A DNA stretch of 64,000 nucleotides from Elusimicrobiota bacterium. GTDB taxonomy: Bacteria; Elusimicrobiota; Elusimicrobia; UBA1565. Positions 37,835 to 47,788 of the stretch are shown here, piece by piece; position 1 is the first letter of the stretch, and every line of letters begins with the position of its first letter. Both the position numbers and the translations under genes were made by a program. The DNA lies in NCBI GenBank assembly GCA_016218495.1, contig JACRDU010000094.1:42608-106607 (forward strand), read 5' to 3'. Under the pieces are notes generated by a model, which did no database searches, had not been told where the DNA came from, and saw only the letters and a program-made list of their open reading frames with translations.

Positions 37835-39937
37835 CTACTCCTGGTCGTCGGACTTCTTCTCGCCGCGCCAGGGGAACCACTCCTTCTCCCAGTCCTTGCG
37901 CTCCACGCGGCGCTCCGGCGCGCGGCCCGTCATCAGGTCGATGCGGATCAGGAACTCCTTCACGCCGCCCGGACGGAAGCGCAGCAGCGCGCGGGTATGG
38001 AAGTCGTGGAAGTCCCGCGTGACGGCGAGCTCCTTCTCGAAGACCTGGTAGCCGCGCAGGTCGAAGCCACCGGGCGTGCGCAGCTGCTGCCTCAAGGCGC
38101 CCTGGAACACCCACTTCGAGGACCTCGGAGCCCACCCCCCCTCCACCGCGGCGAAATACAGGTCGGGGCGGTCGAGGGTATGGGAGAAGCCAAACGAGGC
38201 GAAGTTCGCGTCGCGCTCCCCCCGGTCCGCCTGGAAGAGGACGGCCCGGTTGCCCTGCGCGAGCTGGTACTCGTCGCGCAGCGAGAGCTGGATGCCGTGC
38301 GGGGCGAAGAACGTCATGTCTCCCGTGAAGGGCAGGATGCGCTCCCGGAACCCGCGCGGGTCCAGGCGCGAGGGGCGGTAGTCGTAGCCCGAGGCGAAGC
38401 GCAGCATGAGCCGACGGTCGGGCCGTATGGCGTCCGAAACGCTGAACAGGCTCTTCTCCACCCCGTAGTCCGGAGCTCCGGCGTCATGGCGCAGGGTGTC
38501 GGCCCGGGTCCGGCCGATGAACCCGTAGTTGAGGTCCCAGGCTCCGGCCAGGCTGTCCAGGCGCAGGTTCGTGCCGAGCTCGTAGAAGCCGGTATAGACG
38601 TCCTGCATGACCTGGGTGGAGCGCTGGGTGGTCAGCGCCTCCCGCCTGTCCTCGTAGACCTCACGCAGGGCCGCCCGCGGCGTGAGGCTCACCCCGCGCA
38701 TCAGGTTGACCGTCTGAGTGGTCTCGGCCCCGGCCCCGACGGCATGCTGCTGGAACCCGCGCGCGCGGTCATAGGTGTTGTCGGCGAAGGAGTTCACCGT
38801 GAAGAGCAGCGGGACCTTCGGGATGGCCAGAGGGGCGGTCTGCCAGTCCAGGCGCGGCGTGCTCTCCCGGGCCCTTGAGAAGCGCCCCCCCGGCGCGCCG
38901 GTGTCCGAGCGCGCGTAGGAGAGGCGCGTCGTGCTGAACGCCGTGCGGCGCACGAAGGCCGCGGAGTTGACCAGCTCCGGGGTCACCCGGAAGGCGCTCG
39001 AGCGCACGTAGTTGTTGTTGACCTCGGGGTCGGACTGGGCCTGGAGGCGGCCCTGGAAGGCGTAGCTCGAGCCGAAGGACTGGTACTGCGAGCCGAGCAC
39101 GGTCCAGCGGTCGCGACCCGCCTCGTCGTCGCCGATGTGGTAGCCGTACAGCGCCCCGCGCGAGTCCTCGGACGGATGGAACTCCAGCTCGGAGCCGGCC
39201 GCGAAGCCCTGCTCCGAGTAGCCGTCCAGGAAGAGCTTCCCGTACAAGGACGGCGTGATGTTGAACAGGGTGTTCGAGCGCAGCGAAGCGCCGTTGCGCT
39301 TGTCGTAGCCCGGGATGACGCGCGTGCGCAGCAGGCGCTTGCGCTTGAGCGACTTCCAGAGGAACGGGCTGTAGAAGACCGGGACCTTCCCGACGTAGAA
39401 GCGCACGTTGTAGGCCGTCATGTAGCGGCGCGGCGTGATGTGAAGGCTCGTCGACCGGAAATGATAGTGGGGGGGCAGCCCGTCGCAGCTGGTGAAGAGG
39501 GCTCCCTTGAAATGGCCCCGGCCCTCGGCGTCCAGCGAGCCGCGCCGGCCCCAGACGTGCCAGGGAGGGTATTCCGCCCGGACGTCCCCGACCCAGCCGG
39601 AGCGGTCGGCCAGGTCGAACTCGCCCTCCTCGCCGCGCAGGACGGTCAGCCCGTCGTCCACCTCGAAGGTCCCGCGCGCGCGGGCCTTGCGGGTCTCCAT
39701 GTCGACGCGCACCTCGGAGCCGCGCAGGGTCCAGGTCGAGCCCTTCAGCTCGACGGAGCCTTTCAGGAGGATTTTGGCGTCGGCCCCCGTGGTGCTCCCC
39801 TCGTATTCGAAATAGTCGGCGGAATAGACCACGGGAGAGGAGACCGGCGCTTGCGGGAGGATGAAGTCCGCCGCGGGGGCGGTGGATTGCGCCGCAACCG
39901 GTCCCGCCAGCAGAGCCGCCAGCAGGATGCTATTCAC
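37835..39937 (-). CDS. lptD: LPS-assembly outer-membrane protein LptD (OstA family).
   Basis: Signal peptide MNSILLAALLAGPVAAQ. N-terminal OstA-like beta-jellyroll (…ILLKGSVELKGSTWTLRGSEVRVDMETRKARARGTFEVDDGLTVLRGEEGEFD…), followed by a ~550-aa beta-barrel-like region rich in alternating aromatics. Confidence 0.65.
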   Translation of the reverse strand: MNSILLAALLAGPVAAQSTAPAADFILPQAPVSSPVVYSADYFEYEGSTTGADAKILLKGSVELKGSTWTLRGSEVRVDMETRKARARGTFEVDDGLTVLRGEEGEFDLADRSGWVGDVRAEYPPWHVWGRRGSLDAEGRGHFKGALFTSCDGLPPHYHFRSTSLHITPRRYMTAYNVRFYVGKVPVFYSPFLWKSLKRKRLLRTRVIPGYDKRNGASLRSNTLFNITPSLYGKLFLDGYSEQGFAAGSELEFHPSEDSRGALYGYHIGDDEAGRDRWTVLGSQYQSFGSSYAFQGRLQAQSDPEVNNNYVRSSAFRVTPELVNSAAFVRRTAFSTTRLSYARSDTGAPGGRFSRARESTPRLDWQTAPLAIPKVPLLFTVNSFADNTYDRARGFQQHAVGAGAETTQTVNLMRGVSLTPRAALREVYEDRREALTTQRSTQVMQDVYTGFYELGTNLRLDSLAGAWDLNYGFIGRTRADTLRHDAGAPDYGVEKSLFSVSDAIRPDRRLMLRFASGYDYRPSRLDPRGFRERILPFTGDMTFFAPHGIQLSLRDEYQLAQGNRAVLFQADRGERDANFASFGFSHTLDRPDLYFAAVEGGWAPRSSKWVFQGALRQQLRTPGGFDLRGYQVFEKELAVTRDFHDFHTRALLRFRPGGVKEFLIRIDLMTGRAPERRVERKDWEKEWFPWRGEKKSDDQE

Positions 39938-41180
39938 GCGCCATCCCCGCCAGGTAGAAGGACCCGATCATCGCGCCCGAAGGGGCCGGGTCGTCGAACC
40001 AGCTCCGCACCGCCTCCGGCGCGGACGAGAAGGCCCGCACGTCGCGGGCGCCGCAGGCCCTCAGGCGCTCTGCCAGGAGTTCGGCCGGCAGGGCCCGGGG
40101 CGAAGGAGGCGCCGCCACGAGGAATCGTCCGCCCAGGGGCGCGGCCAGGGCGGCCAGGCGCTCCCAGTCCTTGTCGGCCAGCGTCCCCATCAGGAAGACC
40201 GGCTCGCCGCCCGAATAGGGGGAACGCCTCCAGGTCGCGGCGAACGCCTCCAGGGCCGGCTCGTTATGGGCTCCGTCGATGACCCGCACCCGGCCGTCGG
40301 CGGTCCTGCGCACCTCGAAACGGGCCGGCCACGAGGCGCGGGAAAGGCCGTCCAAGGCCGGGGCGAGCCGCACCGCCAGCCCCCGCCCCGGCAGCGCCTC
40401 CAGGGCGGCGACGACGAGCCCCGCGTTCTTGAGCGCGGGGTCGCCCAGGAGCGGGATGCGCAGGCGGGTTCCCCCCGTGGTCCGGGCGTCCTGGAAGCCC
40501 GCCCCCCAGTCCTCGCCGACGCGGACCAAGGCGGGGACTGAGCGCAACGGGGCCCCGGCCTGGCGGGCGCGCGCTTCGAGCGCGGCGCGCGGCACGGGCG
40601 CGTCCTCCCCGCACAGGACGGGCACGCCGGGCTTGAAGATGCCCGCCTTCTCGACGGCGATCTTCTCCAGGGTGTCGCCCAGGTGCTGGGCATGGTCCCA
40701 GCCGATGGAGGTGACGACGCTGAGCAGCGGGGAGCGCAGGGCGTTGGTGGCGTCGAGGCGCCCGCCCAGCCCGACCTCGACGACGGCGGCATCCACCCGC
40801 TCGCGCCGGAAATGCAGGAAGGCGGCGGCCGTGACCAGCTCGAAGTATGTGGACTCCTCGGGCTCGCAGAGCTTGAGGCGGTGTATGAGCGCGGCGAAGT
40901 CCGCCTCGGAGACCATCCGCCCGTCGACGCGGATCCTCTCCCGCGGGGAACTCAGGTGCGGCGAGGTGTAGAGGCCCGTCTTCAGGCCCGCCCCGCTCAG
41001 AGCCGACGCCAGCATGGCGCAGAACGAGCCCTTGCCGTTCGTGCCGGCCACGTGGACGGCGGGCAAGCCGTCGTGCGGGTCCCCGGCGGCGGCGAGCAAG
41101 GCTTCGATGCGGCTCAGCCCGAGCTTCCAGCGCGTCTCTTGGCGCCCCTCGAGGAATGCCAGCGCGCCGGCGTAATCCAT
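39930..41180 (-). CDS. folC: Bifunctional folylpolyglutamate synthase / dihydrofolate synthase.
   Basis: The start is re-derived at MDYAGALAFLEGR…; P-loop-like HVAGTNGKGS; Mur-ligase-family motifs. The N-terminal half of ORF 39930..42314 is Arg-rich shadow overlapping murA and is rejected. Confidence 0.8.
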   Translation of the reverse strand: MDYAGALAFLEGRQETRWKLGLSRIEALLAAAGDPHDGLPAVHVAGTNGKGSFCAMLASALSGAGLKTGLYTSPHLSSPRERIRVDGRMVSEADFAALIHRLKLCEPEESTYFELVTAAAFLHFRRERVDAAVVEVGLGGRLDATNALRSPLLSVVTSIGWDHAQHLGDTLEKIAVEKAGIFKPGVPVLCGEDAPVPRAALEARARQAGAPLRSVPALVRVGEDWGAGFQDARTTGGTRLRIPLLGDPALKNAGLVVAALEALPGRGLAVRLAPALDGLSRASWPARFEVRRTADGRVRVIDGAHNEPALEAFAATWRRSPYSGGEPVFLMGTLADKDWERLAALAAPLGGRFLVAAPPSPRALPAELLAERLRACGARDVRAFSSAPEAVRSWFDDPAPSGAMIGSFYLAGMARE

Positions 41181-42427
41181 CAGCGCAGGCGCCGGATGCG
41201 GGCGCCCAACCGCCTGAGGACGGTCTCCAGCCGTTCGTAGCCGCGGTCGATGTGGTAGACGCGCTGGATGACGGTCCGGCCCTTGGCGGCCAGGGCGGCG
41301 ACGACCAGCCCGGCCCCGGCCCGGATGTCGGAGGCCATCACGGCGGCCCCGGTGAGCTCGGAGACGCCGGTGACGAAGGCCGCGTCGCCGGACACCGCCA
41401 CCCGCGCCCCCATGCGCGCCAGCTCGGCGGCATGGAGGAAGCGCCGCTCGAAGATGGACTCGCGGATGCGGCTGTCGCCCTTGGCCTGGGACATATAGGC
41501 CATCCAGGGCGCCTGGACGTCGGTGGGGAATCCCGGATGGGGCTCGGTGGTCACCGAGATCGGCCGCGGCCTGCCCTCGGCCGACACCCTGAGGCCGCCG
41601 CGGACGGCCGCCACCCTGGCCCCCGCCCTCTTCATCGCGGCGATGAGCGCCGCGAGGTGCTCCGGACGGGCGTCCTTGAAGGTCACCGTTCCGCCCGCCG
41701 CGGCGACGGCCAGCATCAGGGTGCCGGCCTCGATGCGGTCCGGGATGACGCGGTGGCGCACGCCCTTGAGGCGGGACACGCCGTCCACGACGATGCGGGA
41801 GGTCCCGGCGCCCGACACCTTGGCCCCCATCGCGCGCAGGAAGCCGGCCAGGTCCTCGATTTCGGGCTCGCGGGCGGCGCCTTCGATGACGGTGCGTCCG
41901 GGGACGGCGGCGGCGGCCGTCATGATGTTCTCGGTGGCCCCCACCGACGGGAAGCGGAAGCGGACCTTGGCAGGCCTCAAGCGTCCGGAGAGGACGACGT
42001 CGCCCTCCTGGGCCGCATAGGCCGCCCCCAGGGTCTCGAGGCCTTGGATGTGGATGTCCACAGGCCGCAGGCCGATGGCGCAGCCGCCGGGCAGGGAGAC
42101 GCGGACCTTGCCGAAGCGGGCCAGGAGGGGCCCCGCCACCAGGATGGAGGCGCGCATCTGCTTGACGATGTCGTAGGAGGCGTGGGTCTTCAGCGGCCGG
42201 GCGTAGGAGATGCGCAGGCGCTTGCCGGTCCAGACCACCTTCTTGCCCAGGGTCTCGAGCAGGCGCACGGTCGTGCGGATGTCGCGCAGGCGCGGGACGT
42301 TGTCGATGACGCACTCGTCATCGGTGAGCAAGGTGGCGATGAGGATGGGGAGAGCCGAGTTCTTCGACCCGTTGACCAGGTACGAGCCCTTGAGGCGGCG
42401 GCCGCCGTCGATGACGAATTCGTCCAT
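41180..42427 (-). CDS. murA: UDP-N-acetylglucosamine 1-carboxyvinyltransferase.
   Basis: 415 aa with a MurA/EPSP-synthase fold sequence (…LPGGCAIGLRPVDIHIQGLETLGA…; active-site Cys in GGCAIG). The stop overlaps the folC ATG by 1 nt. Confidence 0.9.
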   Translation of the reverse strand: MDEFVIDGGRRLKGSYLVNGSKNSALPILIATLLTDDECVIDNVPRLRDIRTTVRLLETLGKKVVWTGKRLRISYARPLKTHASYDIVKQMRASILVAGPLLARFGKVRVSLPGGCAIGLRPVDIHIQGLETLGAAYAAQEGDVVLSGRLRPAKVRFRFPSVGATENIMTAAAAVPGRTVIEGAAREPEIEDLAGFLRAMGAKVSGAGTSRIVVDGVSRLKGVRHRVIPDRIEAGTLMLAVAAAGGTVTFKDARPEHLAALIAAMKRAGARVAAVRGGLRVSAEGRPRPISVTTEPHPGFPTDVQAPWMAYMSQAKGDSRIRESIFERRFLHAAELARMGARVAVSGDAAFVTGVSELTGAAVMASDIRAGAGLVVAALAAKGRTVIQRVYHIDRGYERLETVLRRLGARIRRLR

Positions 42428-42444
42428 GGCGCGATTCTACAAAC

Positions 42445-43301
42445 TTAGACCGAAGCCGCCGCGAGGCGCTCGACGCCCTGCAGGTCCGTGAAGATGCGCA
42501 CCTGCGAGAGACCCGCCTTGGCGAGGATGCGCGCCACGGCGGCGGCCTGCCCGGACCCGAATTCGAGCACCAGGCGCCCGCCGGGCTTCACCAGCCGCCT
42601 GGCGTCCCCGGCGATGGCCCGGATATGGTCGAGGCCGTCCTTGCCGCCGTCGAGGGCCAGGCGGGGCTCCTTGAGGACCTCGGGCTCCAGCCCGTCCACC
42701 GCGGCCGAGGGGATGTAGGGCGGGTTGGAGACCGCCAGGTCGGCCCAGGCCGCGCCCGAATGCGGCTTGAAGAGGTCTTCCCTCAGCACGCGAACGCGGG
42801 TCGAGACGTGGTTCGCCATGGCGTTCTCTTCGGCGAGCTTCAGGGCCGCCGGGCTGACGTCCGTGGCGTAGACCTGGGCCGTCGGCAGCCGCTTGGCCAG
42901 CGCCACGGCCACGCAGCCGGAGCCCGTGCCGACGTCGACGACCTGCAGGCTCCGGCGCCCCAGGGCCTCCGCCTCCGATACCGCCAGCGTGACGAGCTCT
43001 TCGGTCTCCGGGCGCGGGACGAGGACCGACTCGTTGACCTTGATGCGGCAGCCGGCGAAGGGCTGCCAGCCCAGGACATAGGCCAGCGGCATGCGGCGGC
43101 CGCGTCGCTTCACGAATTCCCAGAAGTGCATGGAGTTGCGCTGAGACAGCGCCGCCGCGCGCTCCGCGAGCACACGCCCCCGGCCGACCTCCAAGACCTC
43201 GGCCATCAGGAACTCCGCGTTGGCCGAAGCCTCGGGGACGCCCCGCTCGGCGAGGAAGGCCTCGGCCCGGGCCAGCCAGCCGGCCACGGTCTCGGGGCCG
43301 T

Positions 43302-43305
<4 letters not shown>
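42445..43305 (-). CDS. prmC: Release-factor glutamine N5-methyltransferase PrmC/HemK.
   Basis: SAM motif [16 protein letters not shown]; catalytic NPPY ([10 protein letters not shown]). The ATG overlaps the prfA stop. Confidence 0.85.
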
Positions 43306-44369
<1,064 letters not shown>

Positions 44370-44370
44370 A

Positions 44371-44412
44371 AAAAAAGAAGGAGCCCCGGCCGCTAGGCCC
44401 GGGGCTCCTCTC
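44371..44412 (-). terminator. Rho-independent terminator downstream of rpmE. Its U-tract abuts the prfA start codon.
   Basis: Minus-strand transcript: GGAGCCCCGGGCC-uagc-GGCCGGGGCUCC followed by UUCUUUUUUU and then AUG of prfA. Confidence 0.6.
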
Positions 44413-44420
44413 GAGGGACG

Positions 44421-44789
44421 CTAGTCCTTCTTCGCGCCCGTCGTCTTCTTCTTCGCCGCGGCCTTCTTTTCGTCGTCTTTGCCGACCTTGGGGGCGGTGG
44501 AGAGGGTCTTGAGCTTCTTGTTCGTCCCCTGCGGCACCGAGGTCACCTTCTTGACCTCCGTCTGGGCCTCGCGGACGATGGTCTTGCCCTCGGTCTTGGC
44601 GAAGCGCTTCTGGAAGCGCTCGACGCGGCCGGCGGAGTCGACCAGGCGCTGCTTGCCGGTGAAGAAGGGGTGGCAGGCCGAGCAGATCTCGAGCTTGATC
44701 TCCTTCTTGGTGGAGCGGGTGGTGAACGCGGCGCCGCAGGCGCAACTAGCGGCCGCGACGTAGTAATTGGGGTGGACGTCAGCCTTCAT
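44421..44789 (-). CDS. rpmE: Ribosomal protein L31 (Zn-ribbon type) with a ~50-aa Lys-rich C-terminal extension.
   Basis: [10 protein letters not shown]…[14 protein letters not shown]…[15 protein letters not shown] matches L31. The tail is …[44 protein letters not shown]. Confidence 0.85.
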   Translation of the reverse strand: MKADVHPNYYVAAASCACGAAFTTRSTKKEIKLEICSACHPFFTGKQRLVDSAGRVERFQKRFAKTEGKTIVREAQTEVKKVTSVPQGTNKKLKTLSTAPKVGKDDEKKAAAKKKTTGAKKD

Positions 44790-44823
44790 GTGTGTTTCCT
44801 TCCTCTATTCGGACTAGGTTCCC

Positions 44824-44840
44824 ATTATAGCAAAACCGGG
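44824..44840 (-). promoter_or_regulatory. Extended -10 promoter (TGcTATAAT) for rpmE.
   Basis: Minus-strand reading …cccggttTTGcTATAATgggaacctagtccgaatagaggaaggaaacacacATG. Perfect TATAAT with an upstream TG and a weak -35. It lies ~30 nt after the rho stop. Confidence 0.45.
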
Positions 44841-44859
44841 CCCTCCCACGACGGGGGCC

Positions 44860-46323
44860 CTATTCCAGCGACGACAGCTCCATGGCCTTGAGGAAGTCCT
44901 TGTTGGACTTGGTCGCCAGCAGCTTGTCGGAGAGCAGCTGCATCGCGTCCACCGAGGCCAGGCTGGCCAGGATCTTGCGCAGGATCCAGGTCTTGTTGAG
45001 CTCGTCCTCGGAGAGCAGCAGCTCCTCCTTGCGGGTCCCCGAGCGGTTGATGTCGACGGCCGGGAACAGCCGGCGGTCCGCCATCTTCCGGTCGAGCACC
45101 ACCTCGGAGTTGCCGGTTCCCTTGAACTCCTCGAAGATGACCTCGTCCATGCGCGAGCCCGTTTCGACGAGGGCGGTCGCCACGATGGTGAGCGAGCCCC
45201 CCTCCTCGACCTTGCGCGCCGCCCCGAGGAAGCGCTTGGGGCGCTGCAGCGAGGTGGCTTCGAGGCCGCCGGAGAGCACGCGCCCCGTGGATGGGGCGAT
45301 CGTGTTGTACGCGCGGGCCAGGCGGGTGATGGAGTCGAGCAGGATGACGACGTCGCGCCCCATCTCCACCTGGCGCTTGGCCTTCTCGATGACCATCTCC
45401 GCGACCTGCACGTGCCGGTCGGCGGGCTCGTCGAAGGTGGAGGCCACGACCTCGCCCTTGACCGAGCGCTGCATGTCGGTGACCTCTTCGGGCCGCTCGT
45501 CGATGAGGAGCACGATCAGCACGATGGTCGGGTGGTTCTCGGTTAGCGCGTTGGCGATCTTCTGGAGCATCACCGTCTTGCCGGTCTTCGGCGCGGCGAC
45601 GATGAGGGCGCGCTGCCCCATGCCGACGGGGGCCACGAGGTCGATGACCCTGGTCACGATCTCCTGGCGGGAGGTCTCCAGCCGGAAGCGCTGGTTCGGG
45701 TGCAGCGGGGTGAGGTTCTCGAAGGCCGTGCGCGTCTGGAGCTGCAGGGCCGGCACGCCGTTGATGTTGAGGACCTGGAGCAGGGCGAAGAAGCGCTCTC
45801 CGTCCTTGGGGCCGCGCACGTTGCCGGCGACCGTGTCGCCCTTGCGCAGGCCGAACTTCTTGATCTGGGACGGCGAGACGTAGATGTCGTCCGGGCCCGG
45901 CAGGTAGTTGTAGTCGGGGGAGCGCAGGAACCCGAAGCCGTCCGGGAGCACCTCGAGGACGCCCTCGTCGTAGATGACGCCGTTGGCGCGCGCCTGGCCC
46001 TCGAGTATCTTGACGATGAGCTCCTGCTTGCGCAGGCCGCTGATGGCTTCGAGGCGCATCTCCTCGGCGAGCTTGATGAGCTCGGGGATCTTCTTCTTGG
46101 CGAGCTGGTTGACGTCCAGGGGCTGGCGCGCCGGCTGCGCAGGCTGGCTGCCCTGAGGGACGGCGGGGGCCGGCGCGGGGGGGTCGCCCTGCGGGGCGGG
46201 AGCCGGGGCCGGGGGAGGACCGTCTCGGCGGCGGTCCTGGCGCTCCCTGTGGCCGTCCGGGCGCCCGTTCTCGGGCTTGCCTTCCCCGCGCGGGGCGTCC
46301 GTCGGCTTCGTGGTGTGGCTCAT
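44860..46323 (-). CDS. rho: Transcription termination factor Rho with an N-terminal low-complexity (Arg/Pro-rich) extension.
   Basis: Start re-derived at [15 protein letters not shown]… (GGAGG 7 nt upstream; ATGA overlap with coaE). Rho_N helix bundle [19 protein letters not shown]; CSD-like RNA-binding region; Walker A AAPKTGKT; RecA-like core. The first ~75 aa (…[29 protein letters not shown]…) are disordered. Confidence 0.9.
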   Translation of the reverse strand: MSHTTKPTDAPRGEGKPENGRPDGHRERQDRRRDGPPPAPAPAPQGDPPAPAPAVPQGSQPAQPARQPLDVNQLAKKKIPELIKLAEEMRLEAISGLRKQELIVKILEGQARANGVIYDEGVLEVLPDGFGFLRSPDYNYLPGPDDIYVSPSQIKKFGLRKGDTVAGNVRGPKDGERFFALLQVLNINGVPALQLQTRTAFENLTPLHPNQRFRLETSRQEIVTRVIDLVAPVGMGQRALIVAAPKTGKTVMLQKIANALTENHPTIVLIVLLIDERPEEVTDMQRSVKGEVVASTFDEPADRHVQVAEMVIEKAKRQVEMGRDVVILLDSITRLARAYNTIAPSTGRVLSGGLEATSLQRPKRFLGAARKVEEGGSLTIVATALVETGSRMDEVIFEEFKGTGNSEVVLDRKMADRRLFPAVDINRSGTRKEELLLSEDELNKTWILRKILASLASVDAMQLLSDKLLATKSNKDFLKAMELSSLE

Positions 46324-46940
46324 GTGCGGCCTCCAAGGCCCGAGGCTAACAGCTCGAAAGCCTGTTGGTATTCGGCGACGGCGCGGCGTAGGGCCGCGCG
46401 CGGGCCGCCGTTGGGGATCACGACGTCGGCCATCCCGGCCTTGCGGGCCTCGGGCCATTGGGCCCGGGCCCGGCGCCGCGCCGCCGCGCGGCTGCCGCCG
46501 TCGCGTCGCAGGACGCGGGCGGCGCGCAATCCGGCGGGCGCGGTCACGCAGACGGTCAGGTCGAATTCCTTCTCCATCCTCTTCTCGAAGAGCAGCGGGA
46601 CGTCGATGACGGCGACCGGCCGGCGCCCCTCGGCCATGCGGCGCGAGAGCTCCTTGAGGATGCCGGGATGGCTGGCCCGCTCGAGCCGGCGGAGCGCCGC
46701 GGGGTCGCGGAAGACCGCTTCGGCTATCCGCCGGCGGTCCAGGCCGCCGTCCGGCTTGAGGACGCCGCGCCCCATGGCCGCCACGACGGCACGGTAGACG
46801 GGCCCGCCCCGGCGCGAGAGCTCGTGGGAGAGCGCGTCGGCCGAATGGGTCTCCGCCCCGGCGGCCGCGAAGGCCCGCAGGGCCTCCGACTTCCCCGCGC
46901 CGATGGCGCCGGTCAGGCCGACGAGGAGGCGCCGTCTCAA
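46320..46940 (-). CDS. coaE: Dephospho-CoA kinase.
   Basis: P-loop [14 protein letters not shown]. The start overlaps the rhomboid stop (ATGA) and the stop overlaps the rho start (ATGA). Confidence 0.8.
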   Translation of the reverse strand: MRRRLLVGLTGAIGAGKSEALRAFAAAGAETHSADALSHELSRRGGPVYRAVVAAMGRGVLKPDGGLDRRRIAEAVFRDPAALRRLERASHPGILKELSRRMAEGRRPVAVIDVPLLFEKRMEKEFDLTVCVTAPAGLRAARVLRRDGGSRAAARRRARAQWPEARKAGMADVVIPNGGPRAALRRAVAEYQQAFELLASGLGGRT

Positions 46941-47788
46941 GCGGCCCCTCCGCCGCCCTTCTTGCGCGCCTGGCGCTTCAGGATGTCCCGCTCCCGCTCG
47001 GTCAGGGAGGCTTCGCCCTCGGCCAGGATCTTGTCCAGGATGCGGTCCACCTCGGCCATGTCGTCGGAAGGCTCGAGGGCCTCCTCCCGCCGCGGCGCGC
47101 CCACGGCCTGGGGGCGCCGGCGCGGCTTAGGGGCGGAGGCCCCGCGTTCCGGCCCCATCCCCGAGAAGAGGGACTTCATCCTCAGCGAGGCCTCGAACCA
47201 CCAGCGGATGTAGAGATAGCCGATGACCATCCCGCTCAGGTGCGCCACGCGCGCGCTGGCCGGGTTCGCGGCCGACGCCCCGGCGAAGAACTCGATGGCG
47301 CCGAAGAGCAGGGCCATGTGCTTGGCCTTGATCGGGAAGAAGAAGTACAGGTAGACCACCGCCTCCGGGTAGAGCATCGCGAAGGCGGTCAGCAGGCCGA
47401 AGACCGCGCCGGAGGCGCCGATGATGACATGGTGGGCGTTGGGCGCGACGGCGACGCTGACCAGCCCGGCCCCGACGCCGGTCAGCAGGAAGTACTTGAG
47501 GAACTCCCGAGGGCCCCACTGGGCCTCGACGGGCATCCCGAACATCCAGAGCGCGAAGAGGTTGAAGAGCACGTGGAAGAAGCTGCCGTGGAGGAAGAGA
47601 TAGGTGAACGGCTGCCAGACCCAGCGCTCATGCACGACCTGGTAGGGCACCAGCCCGAAGAGGGTCTGGAACTGGCCGCCGACCAGCAAGGAGAGGATGT
47701 AGACCGCCGCGTTGGCGACGATGAGGCCCTTGATGACCGGGGACATCGCCCGGAAGTCCAGCGGCCCGTGCCCGAATTGTCTGCTCAT
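46937..47788 (-). CDS. Rhomboid-family intramembrane serine protease.
   Basis: Multi-TM; catalytic Ser in GASGAVFG; catalytic His in …[10 protein letters not shown]… The ATG (M8 of the TTG-initiated track ORF) overlaps the polA stop (ATGA). Start choice is uncertain by a few codons. Confidence 0.7.
   Translation of the reverse strand: MSRQFGHGPLDFRAMSPVIKGLIVANAAVYILSLLVGGQFQTLFGLVPYQVVHERWVWQPFTYLFLHGSFFHVLFNLFALWMFGMPVEAQWGPREFLKYFLLTGVGAGLVSVAVAPNAHHVIIGASGAVFGLLTAFAMLYPEAVVYLYFFFPIKAKHMALLFGAIEFFAGASAANPASARVAHLSGMVIGYLYIRWWFEASLRMKSLFSGMGPERGASAPKPRRRPQAVGAPRREEALEPSDDMAEVDRILDKILAEGEASLTERERDILKRQARKKGGGGAA

Noticed and set aside
39930-42314. 794-aa minus ORF.
   Set aside because: The N-terminal half overlaps murA in another frame and is Arg-rich. 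Truncated to folC starting at MDYAGALAF (41180).
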